From contig OZ242318.1 in the NCBI GenBank assembly GCA_965208105.1, forward strand, positions 1,376,001 through 1,440,000: 64,000 bases of DNA. The letters are read 5' to 3'. Shown piece by piece: positions 30,455 through 40,950 of the stretch. The translations under genes and the position numbers were made by a program. Numbering within the stretch: position 1 is the first letter of the stretch; every line of letters begins with the position of its first letter. The notes under the pieces are model-generated. The model saw only the letters and a program-made list of their open reading frames with translations. It was not told where the DNA came from and searched no databases. The stretch is from Candidatus Latescibacterota bacterium (GTDB taxonomy: Bacteria > Latescibacterota > UBA2968 > UBA8231).

Positions 30455-32098
30455 CTATCTCAGCAGACTGATCTTGCGGGCCACCTGCTTCGGTCCACTG
30501 CGGAGGAGGACGAGGTATGTCCCGCTCGCGAGTTGGCCGCCGCCCTCGTCCAGCCCGTCCCACGCGACCTGATGAGTCCCGGGCGGTAACAGCCCGCGGC
30601 GCAACAGGCGGACCCGCTGCCCCAGACTGTTGTAGAGCGACAGTTCCACCTCTTCGGCAGAGGACAGGCTGAAGGGGATAAGGACGCGGCGATTGAAGGG
30701 ATTGGGGAAGACGGGAGCGAGGACCGGTCCCAGGGGCAAGGTCTGGTCCGAGGACGCGACCACGGCCGTTGGGACCCTTGCCGACAGCTCGAACTCACGG
30801 CCCGGGGACGCGCCGCGTCCCACGATCAGTACCAGGCTGTCCACATTCACCACCTCCGCCACGCCCCCGCCCGAGGAGTCCAGCTCGACCGCAGCCAGGT
30901 CCCCCATCCCTTTCCTCATCGCGTAGGTCCAGACATGGAAGGATCCCTCCCGCTCTGCGGCGAATTGAAAAGCCAGACTTCCCTTGTGGCGGAAGAGGAC
31001 GTAGATGCTTCCCCACTCCCCTGCGATTGCGCCTCCTATCCCCTCGATGGGCAGGCCGGGAGCCAGGACAGGCAAGACGCGCCGGCCCCTGAGAGCGCCA
31101 TATCCGTAGTACTTCTCCTCCACCGCGTAGTTGCCTACAATCCACCGCCCCCAGACCTCCTTGAACCCCCCTTCCCCTTCGGAGCCGTCGAGAACCGCCT
31201 CGATCCCGTCGATGCCGTTTCCCGGCTCCCGGACCAGCGCCCGGATAGATCCCGGTCCAAATTTTTCCGCCAGGAAGGACATGAAGAGATAGGTCGCTCC
31301 GTAGTTGTCCGCCCTGTTCTGCCAGTTGGTGAGACTCACCTGTGGGTCCATCAGAAACGCAGGCACCGCCGCCGGGTCGGCGCCGGGGTATCCGGCCAAC
31401 TCCTCGGCATAGCCGGAGAGCCCCTCATCGACCCAGGATTCCTCGTCCTCGTCGTGGGACCAGTGGATGAGGTGCTGGAACTCGTGCGCCAGGGTCCCAC
31501 CGGCCAGGTAGCGCCGCCGGCGAACCGTGGCCGCGTCCAGGTACACAATATCGCGGCGCAGGCGGGTATCGGGATGTGCCGCAACCCTTGGGTCGAAGAA
31601 CCCGGCCAGGTCGGGACGGTCCGGATTGGGATTGCCCAGGTCCAGAATCAAGATGAAAACGCGCGCATCGCCATCGACGTCGGCCGGCTCCCCGAATGCC
31701 TCGGAGGCCAGGTCATAGATCCCGCGCTCCGCATCCGAGGGCACCGCGTGGTCGAACAGCTCTCCGACGAAGTCCACGTCTACCTGCAGCACCGGCCCCC
31801 CATTGGCGTCCCACTGGGCGCTCTCGACGAAGACATAGCAGTGCTCCCCCGCGTACCTGCAGACGGCCGGCTGCAACGACGATCTGCCGGCGACCACGAA
31901 TTCGCGCTGGCTGCCGACCTCTATGGGATCCTCATCCTGCTGCCCGGCCAGGACCTTGGCGCTGGGCAGGGGGAGCCGCTCCGCATTGCGGCGCAGCCAC
32001 TGGGTTCCACAGACGCGGGCGTCGGCAATGGAAGCGGCCGTGCCCAGAAGGGACAGGGCGACTATCGGAAGGCAGCATCTGAAAATGATCTGGTGCAT
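30455..32098 (-). CDS. Secreted zinc metallopeptidase (M30/M6-like) with C-terminal FlgD-Ig/T9SS sorting domain
   Basis: Signal peptide, LAHEFQHLIH plus WVDEGLS; C-terminal FPNPFN...YNSLGQRVR...WDG..ASGTYL. Confidence 0.8.
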   Translation of the reverse strand: MHQIIFRCCLPIVALSLLGTAASIADARVCGTQWLRRNAERLPLPSAKVLAGQQDEDPIEVGSQREFVVAGRSSLQPAVCRYAGEHCYVFVESAQWDANGGPVLQVDVDFVGELFDHAVPSDAERGIYDLASEAFGEPADVDGDARVFILILDLGNPNPDRPDLAGFFDPRVAAHPDTRLRRDIVYLDAATVRRRRYLAGGTLAHEFQHLIHWSHDEDEESWVDEGLSGYAEELAGYPGADPAAVPAFLMDPQVSLTNWQNRADNYGATYLFMSFLAEKFGPGSIRALVREPGNGIDGIEAVLDGSEGEGGFKEVWGRWIVGNYAVEEKYYGYGALRGRRVLPVLAPGLPIEGIGGAIAGEWGSIYVLFRHKGSLAFQFAAEREGSFHVWTYAMRKGMGDLAAVELDSSGGGVAEVVNVDSLVLIVGRGASPGREFELSARVPTAVVASSDQTLPLGPVLAPVFPNPFNRRVLIPFSLSSAEEVELSLYNSLGQRVRLLRRGLLPPGTHQVAWDGLDEGGGQLASGTYLVLLRSGPKQVARKISLLR

Positions 32099-32143
32099 GG
32101 AAAGTGCGGGATAAGAGGCTTGGGTGGGAACGGAGGAAGCCGA

Positions 32144-32779
32144 TCAGAACCGCCTGGAGAGCACTACCGCAGCGCGGCCGTCGAATGCGTGAGCTTCCAG
32201 ATTGAATGACGGCCCCCCTTCGTCCTCCCGATCCACCGTGCGGGCAGCGTGAATGGCTGAGAACAGATGGTTGACCGCCACAAGCCCGGTGGTGAAAAGG
32301 GCCTGGCGTGCCGCGCTCTCGCTGGAGTTGCGCAACTTCCGGTAGCGCCGGCGCGACTCCTCCCGGTCCCACTCCCAGAAGAACTCGGGTGAATCCGGGT
32401 AGAGATCGGCATCGGGGCCGTCGCGGTAAAGCGCATAGCGGTTGTGCTGCAGTCGGCTCTCGTAAAACCCCAAATCGTCGAAGTATGCGTCGTTCTTGCC
32501 CCCCGTGCGCGCCCGGGCGTGGTCGGCAGCATAGGCGCGAAAGTGGGTGGCGCGGATGTCCTGGAGATACCGCAGTCCCAGGTAGCCACCCCAGAGCCCC
32601 AACTCGGCCACCCAGAAGCGCCTTGCGCTCGCGTCCTGCCCGGAATAGTGCTGCCCCCACCCGGGAAGCAGCAGGGAGTAGCAGAAGGCGCGGCGCCCCG
32701 ACCTGCCCTCGCTCCACTCCGGGGAGGCCAGGACGGCGATAAGAAAAATCGCGCTGAAATACCTGAGCATGGTTCCCAT
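32144..32779 (-). CDS. DUF5683-like membrane/exported protein
   Basis: SLLLPGWGQHY, NHLFSAIHA; paralogous to the adjacent gene. Confidence 0.65.
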   Translation of the reverse strand: MGTMLRYFSAIFLIAVLASPEWSEGRSGRRAFCYSLLLPGWGQHYSGQDASARRFWVAELGLWGGYLGLRYLQDIRATHFRAYAADHARARTGGKNDAYFDDLGFYESRLQHNRYALYRDGPDADLYPDSPEFFWEWDREESRRRYRKLRNSSESAARQALFTTGLVAVNHLFSAIHAARTVDREDEGGPSFNLEAHAFDGRAAVVLSRRF

Positions 32780-33697
32780 TTAGTAGAAGGGCTTGTAGGC
32801 GGTCACCATGGGCACCTGGCCGCGCACTCCCCGGTGCATGGAAAAGACGAACCGGGTCCGCCTTTCGAGCCTGGCCGCGTCCGCGCCTTCGGACCGCCCC
32901 CGCCCCAAGCGCGCCGCGTCGATGGCACTGAGAAGGTGGTTGATCATAATCACCCCGGCCACGTTGCTGGCCCTCTTCAGCAGCTTGTTGCTGTCGTTGC
33001 GGCGCTCTTCGTAATCCAGCCTCAAATCTGAGATGTAGTTCTCCACCGAGTCTATCTCGGCAGGCAGGACCTCCCGGGGGTCATCGCTCTTGTCCCGGCT
33101 GTCGCGCAGGTCGCTCCAACCCGCCCCGAACTGGTAGTACTTGCCGATGAGCTCGTAGTACTGCTGCTTCTCGGTCTCCCTGCAGCCTTCAATGGCTTCC
33201 GTTACCGCGCCTATGTACAAAGCGGGATTGGCGCTGGCCACGAAAGAACTGCAGGGGAGGCCGTGGGTGATGGAGCTGCGCGAGGTGGGCAGCACCCGCC
33301 ACTCCAGGTAGTGCTGCGGGTTCCAGTTTTCGTCTGCCACAGTGCGAAACTCTTCCTCGATGTCGTTGCCTTCGCCCCTCCAGCTCAAGTACAGCCCCCA
33401 GAGCAGGGCCTCGACCCCGAAGAAGGCCACAGCCCGCTTCTTGCTGCCCATGTAGTACTGCCCGGCCCCCGGCGCCAGGACAGAAAGCAGAAGCGCCCTC
33501 TTCGAGGATTTGCCGCCCTCCTCCGCCGCCGCATCGGCTTCGGGGCCCTCCGTTGCTCCATGCTCGACCCCGCGCATCAGGGCCCATCTCTGCAGGGGAT
33601 GCGGTGACTCTCCGAAAATGCTGGGCAATCCGTCGGCGGCGGCCTGGCTGGCCGCAAGGGCGCCCAGCAGCGCGATCACACTCCAAATTCTCATCAT
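32780..33697 (-). CDS. DUF5683-like membrane/exported protein
   Basis: KSSKRALLLSVLAPGAGQYY, QQYYELIGKYYQF, NHLLSAIDAA. Confidence 0.7.
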   Translation of the reverse strand: MMRIWSVIALLGALAASQAAADGLPSIFGESPHPLQRWALMRGVEHGATEGPEADAAAEEGGKSSKRALLLSVLAPGAGQYYMGSKKRAVAFFGVEALLWGLYLSWRGEGNDIEEEFRTVADENWNPQHYLEWRVLPTSRSSITHGLPCSSFVASANPALYIGAVTEAIEGCRETEKQQYYELIGKYYQFGAGWSDLRDSRDKSDDPREVLPAEIDSVENYISDLRLDYEERRNDSNKLLKRASNVAGVIMINHLLSAIDAARLGRGRSEGADAARLERRTRFVFSMHRGVRGQVPMVTAYKPFY

Positions 33698-33719
33698 CTC
33701 CGCTTCCTCTCCGAACAGG

Positions 33720-36700
33720 TTACAGATAGCCGAACAATACGGTAAGATAGAACTTCCACGGATTCTTGTCCTTCACCTCGTCGATCCCGTAGGCCGCATC
33801 CACCTGCACCCGGGTGGGAAGGCCGAAGTAGGACAGGATATCGCAGCGCAGCTGTCCGCCCACGTCGCGCAATGGCCCCTTGCGGCCGAAGACTGGGTCG
33901 CGTTCGCCCACACTGCCGTCCCAGGCCTTGCCCACACCACCGTAGACCGCCCCGTAGACCCTTTCGAGGTAGAGGTGCAGGATGCGCCGGCGAAGGTCGG
34001 GGAGGATGGGGAAGCGCAGAGTCAGGTTGCCCATGGCGGCCTTGCGGCCTTCCATGCTGTAGAAGGTGTACCCCTTCATGAAGGGCAGGCCGCCGAGTCG
34101 ATAGTCGAAGAAATCGCCGATCAGCTCCGGATCGTCCACCTCCTCACTGTCGATCCACCCCCCGTAAAATCGAAGGCCGAGGGCGGCGTTCCCCGGCAAG
34201 CCCATGTTCTCGCGCCAGTCCAGGGTGAACTGGTTGTAGAACAGGCCGACGTACTCCTCGTCAATGAAGCTGGACCGGTCGTTGAACCCCTCGAGGAAGA
34301 AATTGAACAGGCGGCTGTAGCGGAAGTAGAGCCGGCGCCCGATGGGGTTTATGTCGCGGTCCTGGCGCCTGGCCAGCGCCTCGAGCCGGTAGGTCAGCCC
34401 CAGGTCGATGCCGTTGAGATAGGTGTATCCAAAGGGTTTCTGCTCGACCCGCTCGAACCCCAGCCTCCCGTCCCGCCTCGGCACGAAAGCGTCGTACTCT
34501 ACACTGGCGTCGTAGCGGTCGTAGGTCGCCGACAGGGACAGCTCCGCCGACCTGCCGAGCTTGCCGCGCAGGCCGACGGACAGCTGGTTGAGATTGAACT
34601 TGACCCCGTTGATGACTGCAGACCGGGCCGCGGAGCTGTCGCCCCGGGAAGAATAGCGGCGCTGGTGAAAAAATTCCACGAACAACGTGGGACGCCACTC
34701 CCTGTACTCGTACAGCGCAAAGAGGTCGCGGTCCCCGTTGGCGGGCGCAACCGCCAGGCCGGTGAAGACGTTCTGCCTGCCCATCGCGTCCCCGCCTCCC
34801 GCGTAGGCCCCCAGTTTCAGGCGGCCCTCGTCCACAAACAGGCGCGGCAGCAGAGCCGCCCTCAGGAAGGCGATGCCCGACGGCCTGGACTTCCATTCAC
34901 TCGTGGATTCGACCCCGGAAAGGTCGATGTAGCCGGGTGCCGGCGGCAACCGGGGCAACGCGATCTCCGGCGCCTCCCGGCCATCGATCCGGCGGATCCC
35001 GTATCCATCCTCGCCGTAGGCGGCGAAGGCGACCATTCCCCGGGCATCGACGCTGGGATGCAACCCTCCCCCCGGCAGATTGGTCAACTGCCGCACCGTC
35101 CCGGCGTGGAGATCCACCGCGTAGATGTTGAAGATGCCGCTGAAGTCCGAGGCAAAGATCACCTCTTTTCCGTCGCGGCTGAAGACCGGATCCCGGTCCG
35201 TGCCCTCCGTGGCCACCAGCACCTCGAAGCGCGTTGCGGGTGGCGCCGCCGGCTCTGCCGATGCGAGCCGGACATCCCCTCCGTTCTCCACTTCGATCAG
35301 GACGATATCGCGCTTGCCCTGGCGTCCGATGGAGAGGACGAGACGGCGGCCGTCCGGTGACCAGCGCGGGGTGTAGAGCTGGGTGCCGTCCGCGAAATCG
35401 GTCAGCATGCGCACCTCGCCTCCGTCTGCCTTCATCAAGCCCAGGTTGTTGCTGCCCCCCTGGTTGCGCACGAATGCGATCCAGCCTCCGTCGGGGGAAT
35501 AGGACGGGTAGAAAGCCCGCAAGCCCCGGCTCAGCCGCCTGATGCGCGGCGATTCCGGGCCGAAGCCTCCCACCATTCCCGGCAGGGTCCAGAGGACCCC
35601 GGATGCCAGGCCGCGGTCCTCACCATCCAGATCGTACTCGTAGATATCCGCCTGCCGCGAACCGTACTTGTCGGCCCTGTCCTTGCGCACGAACAGCAGG
35701 CGGCGGCCGTCGGGCGACCAGCTCAGGGAGGAAGGAGAGACCCTGGGAACGAGGACCTCCTCGTCTCCGGACTCCACCTCGCGCAGCACCAGGGCGTGCA
35801 GTCCGTAGTGGCGCATGCGGCTGGACAGAAAAGCCAGTTTGCCGCCGTCCGGTGAAAAGGCCGGCCACATATTGGAGAATCCCTTCGCGCTGACTACCTC
35901 GCCCTGGCGCAACTCCCCCAGGGCGCCCATCTGCTCCTCGTACTCCCGCTCCATGGACGCGCGCCAGTCGTCGTATAGGGTCCGGCCCGGCACCCCCAGT
36001 GCTTCCTCGATGGCGCCGCTGAAAGTGAGATCCGACCACTTCGAGGCCGCCCTGCAGATAGCGGCCAGCTTCTCCTCTCCATAGGTCCGGACGATGTAGC
36101 GCACCAGGGCATAGCCGTGGTCGTAGACATACTCGTTGCCGAAGCCGCGCTTGCCGAAAACCCCCATATCGTCGAGGGAAAGCAGACCCCCGTTCAATAC
36201 GGCGGTCCGCAGGACCATGTCGCGGTGAGAGTCCCAGCGGTCGAAGCGCGCTCCCTCGACCTGGTACTGGGCCACACCCTCCGAAAACCAGTGGGGGACC
36301 GCGATGGTCATCAGGGGGTAGGACGCCAGCCAGTCGGGAAATCCGATCAGGACATCGGGCCGATTCTTCTCGCGCTGGTAGCCGAAGTACTGGAGGTAGA
36401 GGGCAGGCACCCGCTGCGGGCCCTTGCGGGCCGCCCCGAGGGAAACGATGTGGACGAACTCGTGGGTGATGACGTTGCGCAGCCAGTCCGATGTGCCGCG
36501 CAACTCATAGTCGTGCTCCAGGGCGGTGGTCCAGATCTCGATGGTGTCCTGAAAGAAGAAAGCCACGCCATTGGCGTAGTCGTCGTGGTCCTTGAGGATG
36601 ATGCGGACCTTGGATCCGGGCTCGTAGCCGTATAGCCGGGTCACCGGACCGTAGGCCTGTTCCGCTGCCTCTGCAGCGCGCGCCGCCGCCCCTTCCAGTC

Positions 36701-36830
36701 CCTGGTGGTAGAGGACGCGGAAATGTTCCGTTTCCAGGAGCTGCCACTCCAACTCGGGATGGTTCTGGGGCCATGCCGCCGACGAGCAGGCCAGCAGCAG
36801 GAAGAGAACAGCTACGGGACCACGCCTCAT
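33720..36830 (-). CDS. Outer-membrane protein: gluzincin peptidase-like domain, PD40/TolB-like propeller and Omp85/BamA-like barrel
   Basis: ITHEFVH plus WFSEGVA; repeated P.[FWY]SPDG motifs; LGGLPFMKGY loop; C-terminal FYLTVLFGYL. ATGA overlap with the upstream gene. Confidence 0.8.
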   Translation of the reverse strand: MRRGPVAVLFLLLACSSAAWPQNHPELEWQLLETEHFRVLYHQGLEGAAARAAEAAEQAYGPVTRLYGYEPGSKVRIILKDHDDYANGVAFFFQDTIEIWTTALEHDYELRGTSDWLRNVITHEFVHIVSLGAARKGPQRVPALYLQYFGYQREKNRPDVLIGFPDWLASYPLMTIAVPHWFSEGVAQYQVEGARFDRWDSHRDMVLRTAVLNGGLLSLDDMGVFGKRGFGNEYVYDHGYALVRYIVRTYGEEKLAAICRAASKWSDLTFSGAIEEALGVPGRTLYDDWRASMEREYEEQMGALGELRQGEVVSAKGFSNMWPAFSPDGGKLAFLSSRMRHYGLHALVLREVESGDEEVLVPRVSPSSLSWSPDGRRLLFVRKDRADKYGSRQADIYEYDLDGEDRGLASGVLWTLPGMVGGFGPESPRIRRLSRGLRAFYPSYSPDGGWIAFVRNQGGSNNLGLMKADGGEVRMLTDFADGTQLYTPRWSPDGRRLVLSIGRQGKRDIVLIEVENGGDVRLASAEPAAPPATRFEVLVATEGTDRDPVFSRDGKEVIFASDFSGIFNIYAVDLHAGTVRQLTNLPGGGLHPSVDARGMVAFAAYGEDGYGIRRIDGREAPEIALPRLPPAPGYIDLSGVESTSEWKSRPSGIAFLRAALLPRLFVDEGRLKLGAYAGGGDAMGRQNVFTGLAVAPANGDRDLFALYEYREWRPTLFVEFFHQRRYSSRGDSSAARSAVINGVKFNLNQLSVGLRGKLGRSAELSLSATYDRYDASVEYDAFVPRRDGRLGFERVEQKPFGYTYLNGIDLGLTYRLEALARRQDRDINPIGRRLYFRYSRLFNFFLEGFNDRSSFIDEEYVGLFYNQFTLDWRENMGLPGNAALGLRFYGGWIDSEEVDDPELIGDFFDYRLGGLPFMKGYTFYSMEGRKAAMGNLTLRFPILPDLRRRILHLYLERVYGAVYGGVGKAWDGSVGERDPVFGRKGPLRDVGGQLRCDILSYFGLPTRVQVDAAYGIDEVKDKNPWKFYLTVLFGYL

Positions 36831-39775
36831 CTTCTCACCGCCATCTTTACGACGGCGACCTCCCTGCCTCCATCCGGGTCTCTGGCTTCCAGGCGGCACA
36901 GGTAGAGGCCGCTGGCGTAGTTCCTGGTGGACCAGGTGAATTCGCTCTCGCCCTGGATCGGCGCATCCGCGTTTCTCTGCAACCGGTCCACCCGCCCTCC
37001 GATGGCGTCGAAGACCTCCAGGTCGAGCCTGGCCGGCCGGCTGAGGAAGAACCGCAGATGAGCGTCGCCGCCGCCCTCGACCGGATTGGGATAGCAGTAG
37101 ACCCGTTCGCGGGGAAGCAGCGCCTGCTTGTCGGAAACGGTGTCAACAGGCGCCGCTACAGGTGGATGGGCGCGGGTGCCGGCCGCGCTGAAGCCGTACT
37201 GGCCCCACCCCGCCAGGCCTCCCTCGTAGGCCGGAGTAAACCGCTGCGGCTCCCAGAGGTAGAGAGCCTCGCCGGCGAGAGCGGCCAATTCCATGCCGCC
37301 GTCCCCGTCGAGGTCCGCGCCCAGGGGCGTGAAGCGCACGGGACCCGCCGTCAGCAGGGGAAATGCCGCCAGTGACATGCCTTCTCCGCCGAAGCCGTAA
37401 ACCCCATGGCCGGACCCGGCCAGGATCTCCTGCCCGCCGCCTCCGTCCAGATCGACCAGGACCGCAGAGCCTTGCAGGCGGCCTGCCTCCTCGAAGCGGG
37501 CAGGCTGCAGCGGAAAATCGGCCTGCGGGATGCCGTTGCCCCTCAGCGCGTGGACCCGGTCGGCGCCGAGGGCGACGATCTCGAGCAGCCCGTCCCCGTC
37601 CACGTCCCCCAATATGGGAGCGGCGCCGATGGAGTCGGCCAAATCGCGCGCGAAGACCTCACCGCGGGCAGACCATGCCTGCACCGCACCGGCCCTGGTG
37701 GAGGACACGATCTCGTAGGCGCCGTCTCCATCCAGGTCGCCGCTCGCCGGAGCCAGCAAGGCTTCCCCGTGAGGGTCCCTCAGCTTCTCCAATCCATCCG
37801 GCCTCAGCCGCCACAAGCCTTCGCCGCCGGCCAGGACGAGCTCCACCGCGCCGTCGCCGTCCGCATCGGCTGCTCCCAGGGCATGGGCACTTGCGTTCCG
37901 GCGCTGCAGTACGGCGCCGGTGTGGGCGTCCAGCAGCACCAGCCCGCCCGCCCCGAGGGCGAGCACGGCGCGTCCGGGAAAGAGGTCAAGATTTGCGGTG
38001 AAGAGACCAGTGGCCGGATTCGCCTCGAGGACACGGGACCACAGCGCCTCCTGCCCTTCCGCCCGCCAGGCGCTCACCTCGCCGCCCCGGGCGACGAAGA
38101 TCTCGACCCTGCCGTCGGCGTCGGCGTCGGCGGCTGCCAGTATGTCCGCTCCCTCCAGGAACCACGGTGAAAAGCCCTCCTCCGCCCGGGCGAGCCCCAC
38201 CCCTCGCGCGCTCTCGACCAGCAGATCCACCTCGCCGTCGCCTTCCACGTCCGCTCCCTGCAGGCGCTCACCTCGCGCCAGGGGAAGCGGCCAACCGCGC
38301 CGGGCGCGCTCGAAGCTGATACCGACCCGCATGCTGTCCCCGGGGCTGGAGAGGACCTCCACCCGGATGCCGCTGGCCGCCCCGGTGTTGCTGCGGCTGT
38401 CCGGCCGGGTTTCAGGTCCGAACACGGTCTGGCCCCCCACGAAGAAGGGATCCCGCGGCGTGCCCTCGTCGTGATTCGGGCGCGCAAAGGTGGCCTGGCC
38501 GATGTCGCGGAAGCCGTCCGCCTCCTCCAGCGCAATGCCCGGCCGCACCGGGTCGTTGTTGATGGCGCCGGCGCCGATCCTGTCCTCGATCACCGCATCG
38601 TCCACGTGCCAGACCAGAATCCCCGATCCGGGGACAAAGGCATCGTAGGCCTCGACCTCGAGCCAGACCCCGGCCTCGTCGGCGCGGGAGAACTCGATCT
38701 TCCCCGAATCCAGCCACACCATGTCTTCGCGGAGGGAAGCTCCGTCGACTCCCGGGGGTATCCCCCTGTTGCCGCGCTGCTGCCGGTTCTCCAGCAGAAA
38801 GTATTCGGTGGTGCTGATGGGAATGCGAACGGCCTTGGGCAGGTCCACCCCCTGCAGGTCCGTGGCGGCCAGCACCAAGGTGGTGTCGCGTTCGACCATC
38901 ACCGGCTCTATCCAGCCCAGGCGCGCCTTGCTCCAGGCCATCGGGTGGGGCGGCGCGAAACCGACCGTGAAAATCAGCGAATCCTGCAGCACGTACCCCC
39001 CCGCGTTGGAGCCTACATCCATCAAGCTCCAGGTCCCCAGGGCGGGCTGGCCGTCGGCGAAATTCGACAGCCCGGGCAGGCCCAACTGGTGGCCGAAGAA
39101 CCTGGCCAGGAGCCCGTTGAGGCCGGCGCGGCCGTTCTGGCTCCGGGCTTCGGGAAGAATCCAGCCGTTCGGGATGGCGAATTGCCCCTCGTCCACCAGC
39201 AGGGGACCACCCAGGAACCTGCTCAGGTCCAAGCTGTCGAGATACACCGAGCGGATGTCGTTGAGCTCACCTGTCTCGTACCCGGCGCCGGCGTGGAATA
39301 TCAGGAAGCTGTTGAACTCGGCAAAGCGCGGACCCAGGGCATCGGCGTCGGCCAGCTCCACGGCGTCGCGGAACAACTGCCCCCACTGGCTGCCGATCTC
39401 TTCCTCGGAGCGCCCGGTGGCGTAGCTCAAGGCCGGGCGCGGCAAGGTATAGGCATTGTTCCGGCCATGGGGAAAAACTGCGAATTCGATCTCCACCCGT
39501 CCCTCGGAAACCTTGCTGTAGTAACGAGAGAGGGCCTGCAGATGGTTGGCGAAATAGGTGGAATCGTGAGGCGGGGTGTCGTAGGGGGCGGGATAGCCGG
39601 GCCGGGCTTCCAGGAAGTGGCGCAAATCGAATTTGCCCCTGCCCGTAGTGGTTGGCTCATCCGGTTCTTCAAGGGGGAAATCCACCCGCAGGGCCAGAAT
39701 GCGCCACTCCTCGGCGGACCAGGTCGCACCGGCACTGCACAACAGCAGCGCCAGGAAGATCTTCAGCAACAGCAA
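36827..39775 (-). CDS. M6 (immune inhibitor A)-like protease homologue lacking HExxH, with FG-GAP repeats and a T9SS-type C-terminal domain
   Basis: IFHAGAG, ARFFGHQLGLPGL, WSLMD.G, AWSK..LGW, EYFLLENRQ, GILVWHVD; several D.DGDG motifs; CYPNP...ASGLYL. Confidence 0.8.
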   Translation of the reverse strand: MLLLKIFLALLLCSAGATWSAEEWRILALRVDFPLEEPDEPTTTGRGKFDLRHFLEARPGYPAPYDTPPHDSTYFANHLQALSRYYSKVSEGRVEIEFAVFPHGRNNAYTLPRPALSYATGRSEEEIGSQWGQLFRDAVELADADALGPRFAEFNSFLIFHAGAGYETGELNDIRSVYLDSLDLSRFLGGPLLVDEGQFAIPNGWILPEARSQNGRAGLNGLLARFFGHQLGLPGLSNFADGQPALGTWSLMDVGSNAGGYVLQDSLIFTVGFAPPHPMAWSKARLGWIEPVMVERDTTLVLAATDLQGVDLPKAVRIPISTTEYFLLENRQQRGNRGIPPGVDGASLREDMVWLDSGKIEFSRADEAGVWLEVEAYDAFVPGSGILVWHVDDAVIEDRIGAGAINNDPVRPGIALEEADGFRDIGQATFARPNHDEGTPRDPFFVGGQTVFGPETRPDSRSNTGAASGIRVEVLSSPGDSMRVGISFERARRGWPLPLARGERLQGADVEGDGEVDLLVESARGVGLARAEEGFSPWFLEGADILAAADADADGRVEIFVARGGEVSAWRAEGQEALWSRVLEANPATGLFTANLDLFPGRAVLALGAGGLVLLDAHTGAVLQRRNASAHALGAADADGDGAVELVLAGGEGLWRLRPDGLEKLRDPHGEALLAPASGDLDGDGAYEIVSSTRAGAVQAWSARGEVFARDLADSIGAAPILGDVDGDGLLEIVALGADRVHALRGNGIPQADFPLQPARFEEAGRLQGSAVLVDLDGGGGQEILAGSGHGVYGFGGEGMSLAAFPLLTAGPVRFTPLGADLDGDGGMELAALAGEALYLWEPQRFTPAYEGGLAGWGQYGFSAAGTRAHPPVAAPVDTVSDKQALLPRERVYCYPNPVEGGGDAHLRFFLSRPARLDLEVFDAIGGRVDRLQRNADAPIQGESEFTWSTRNYASGLYLCRLEARDPDGGREVAVVKMAVRR

Positions 39776-39821
39776 CAGGCGTGGACTGGTTGGAGTTGGA
39801 GGGATGAGAAGAACGGCAAAG

Positions 39822-40865
39822 TCAGAAGGCCATGTTCAGAGAGAAGCGCGCATTATCGTCTACGGGTGTGTCGGAGCCGATCATGTAGGCCACGTCCAGC
39901 TGGAAGATGTTGTACTTCAGCCCGACCCCGAGGGTCCAGATCTTCAACTCGCCGTCCTCGTCGAGCGAATAACCGCCGCGCATGGCGAAAAAGGCATCGC
40001 CCTGGCCGTAATCGTAGCGATATTCGCCGCCGATGTGCAGGTCCATCTCTTCGAACTCGCGCTTCAATGGCTGGTCGGTCCAAGCGGTGAACAGATTCCT
40101 GACGAAGGAACCATCGGCGATGAGAGGCTTGTAGATATCCATGGACAGGAGGATATCGTTGTATTCGGAATCCAGCGCCTGGTAGGCCAGGCCGACGACA
40201 ACGTGCTGGGGGAGTGGATCGGCCTGGCTGGCATCTATGTAGACCATCTTGGGACCCAGGTTGCGCAAGGCGGCCCCCACACTGAGTAAAGGAGATGCCT
40301 TCCACAACAGACCCAGATCCGTCGCGAAGCTGTTTCCCACTCCCTTGCCGCGCTCGATACCGGCACCCTGGCCCGCGAGGTGGCTGCGGATGAACTTGAG
40401 CCCGATGCCGGCCGCCATGTTATCCGAAACCTGGTCTCCATAAGCCGCCGACACCGCCAGGTCGTAGCTGCGGAAAGTCCCCTGCTCGTTGCCGCGCTCG
40501 TCGGTTCGCAGCTGCTCTCCGAGGTTGAGGAGGGCGATATTCATCCCCACGTTGCCCCAACCCTCCAGCGGTTGGGCATAGCCCAGAAATTCATAGGACA
40601 GATCGTCGGCCAGACCGGGAAGCCATTTCATGTGGGTAAAATTTATCTGCTTTTTGGTCTGACCCGACAGAGCGGCGGGGTTGAAATAACTTGCCGTGGC
40701 ATCGTCGGCGATGGCTACGTAGGACTCGCCCATGGCGATTCCCCTCGCTCCCGGCTCTATCAGCAGAAGCAGTACCGCCGCCCCGCTTTCAGAGGTGGCT
40801 GACGCCTGTCCGGAACCGAGGCAGACGAACAACCCCGCCAGCAGCATTGAGAAGGTCTTTTTCAT
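39822..40865 (-). CDS. porV: T9SS outer-membrane shuttle PorV
   Basis: LLIEPGARGIAMGE...DDATASYFNPA, WLPGLADD, NLGPKMVY...DPLP, terminal Phe. Directly downstream of porU. Confidence 0.85.
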   Translation of the reverse strand: MKKTFSMLLAGLFVCLGSGQASATSESGAAVLLLLIEPGARGIAMGESYVAIADDATASYFNPAALSGQTKKQINFTHMKWLPGLADDLSYEFLGYAQPLEGWGNVGMNIALLNLGEQLRTDERGNEQGTFRSYDLAVSAAYGDQVSDNMAAGIGLKFIRSHLAGQGAGIERGKGVGNSFATDLGLLWKASPLLSVGAALRNLGPKMVYIDASQADPLPQHVVVGLAYQALDSEYNDILLSMDIYKPLIADGSFVRNLFTAWTDQPLKREFEEMDLHIGGEYRYDYGQGDAFFAMRGGYSLDEDGELKIWTLGVGLKYNIFQLDVAYMIGSDTPVDDNARFSLNMAF

Positions 40866-40950
40866 AGTCTTGATGTCCTCCCTCGGCCCGGGACCGGGCG
40901 GGCCATATATGGAAAATAACAAAAATAAAGTTCCCGCGCTCCGCAAATGA

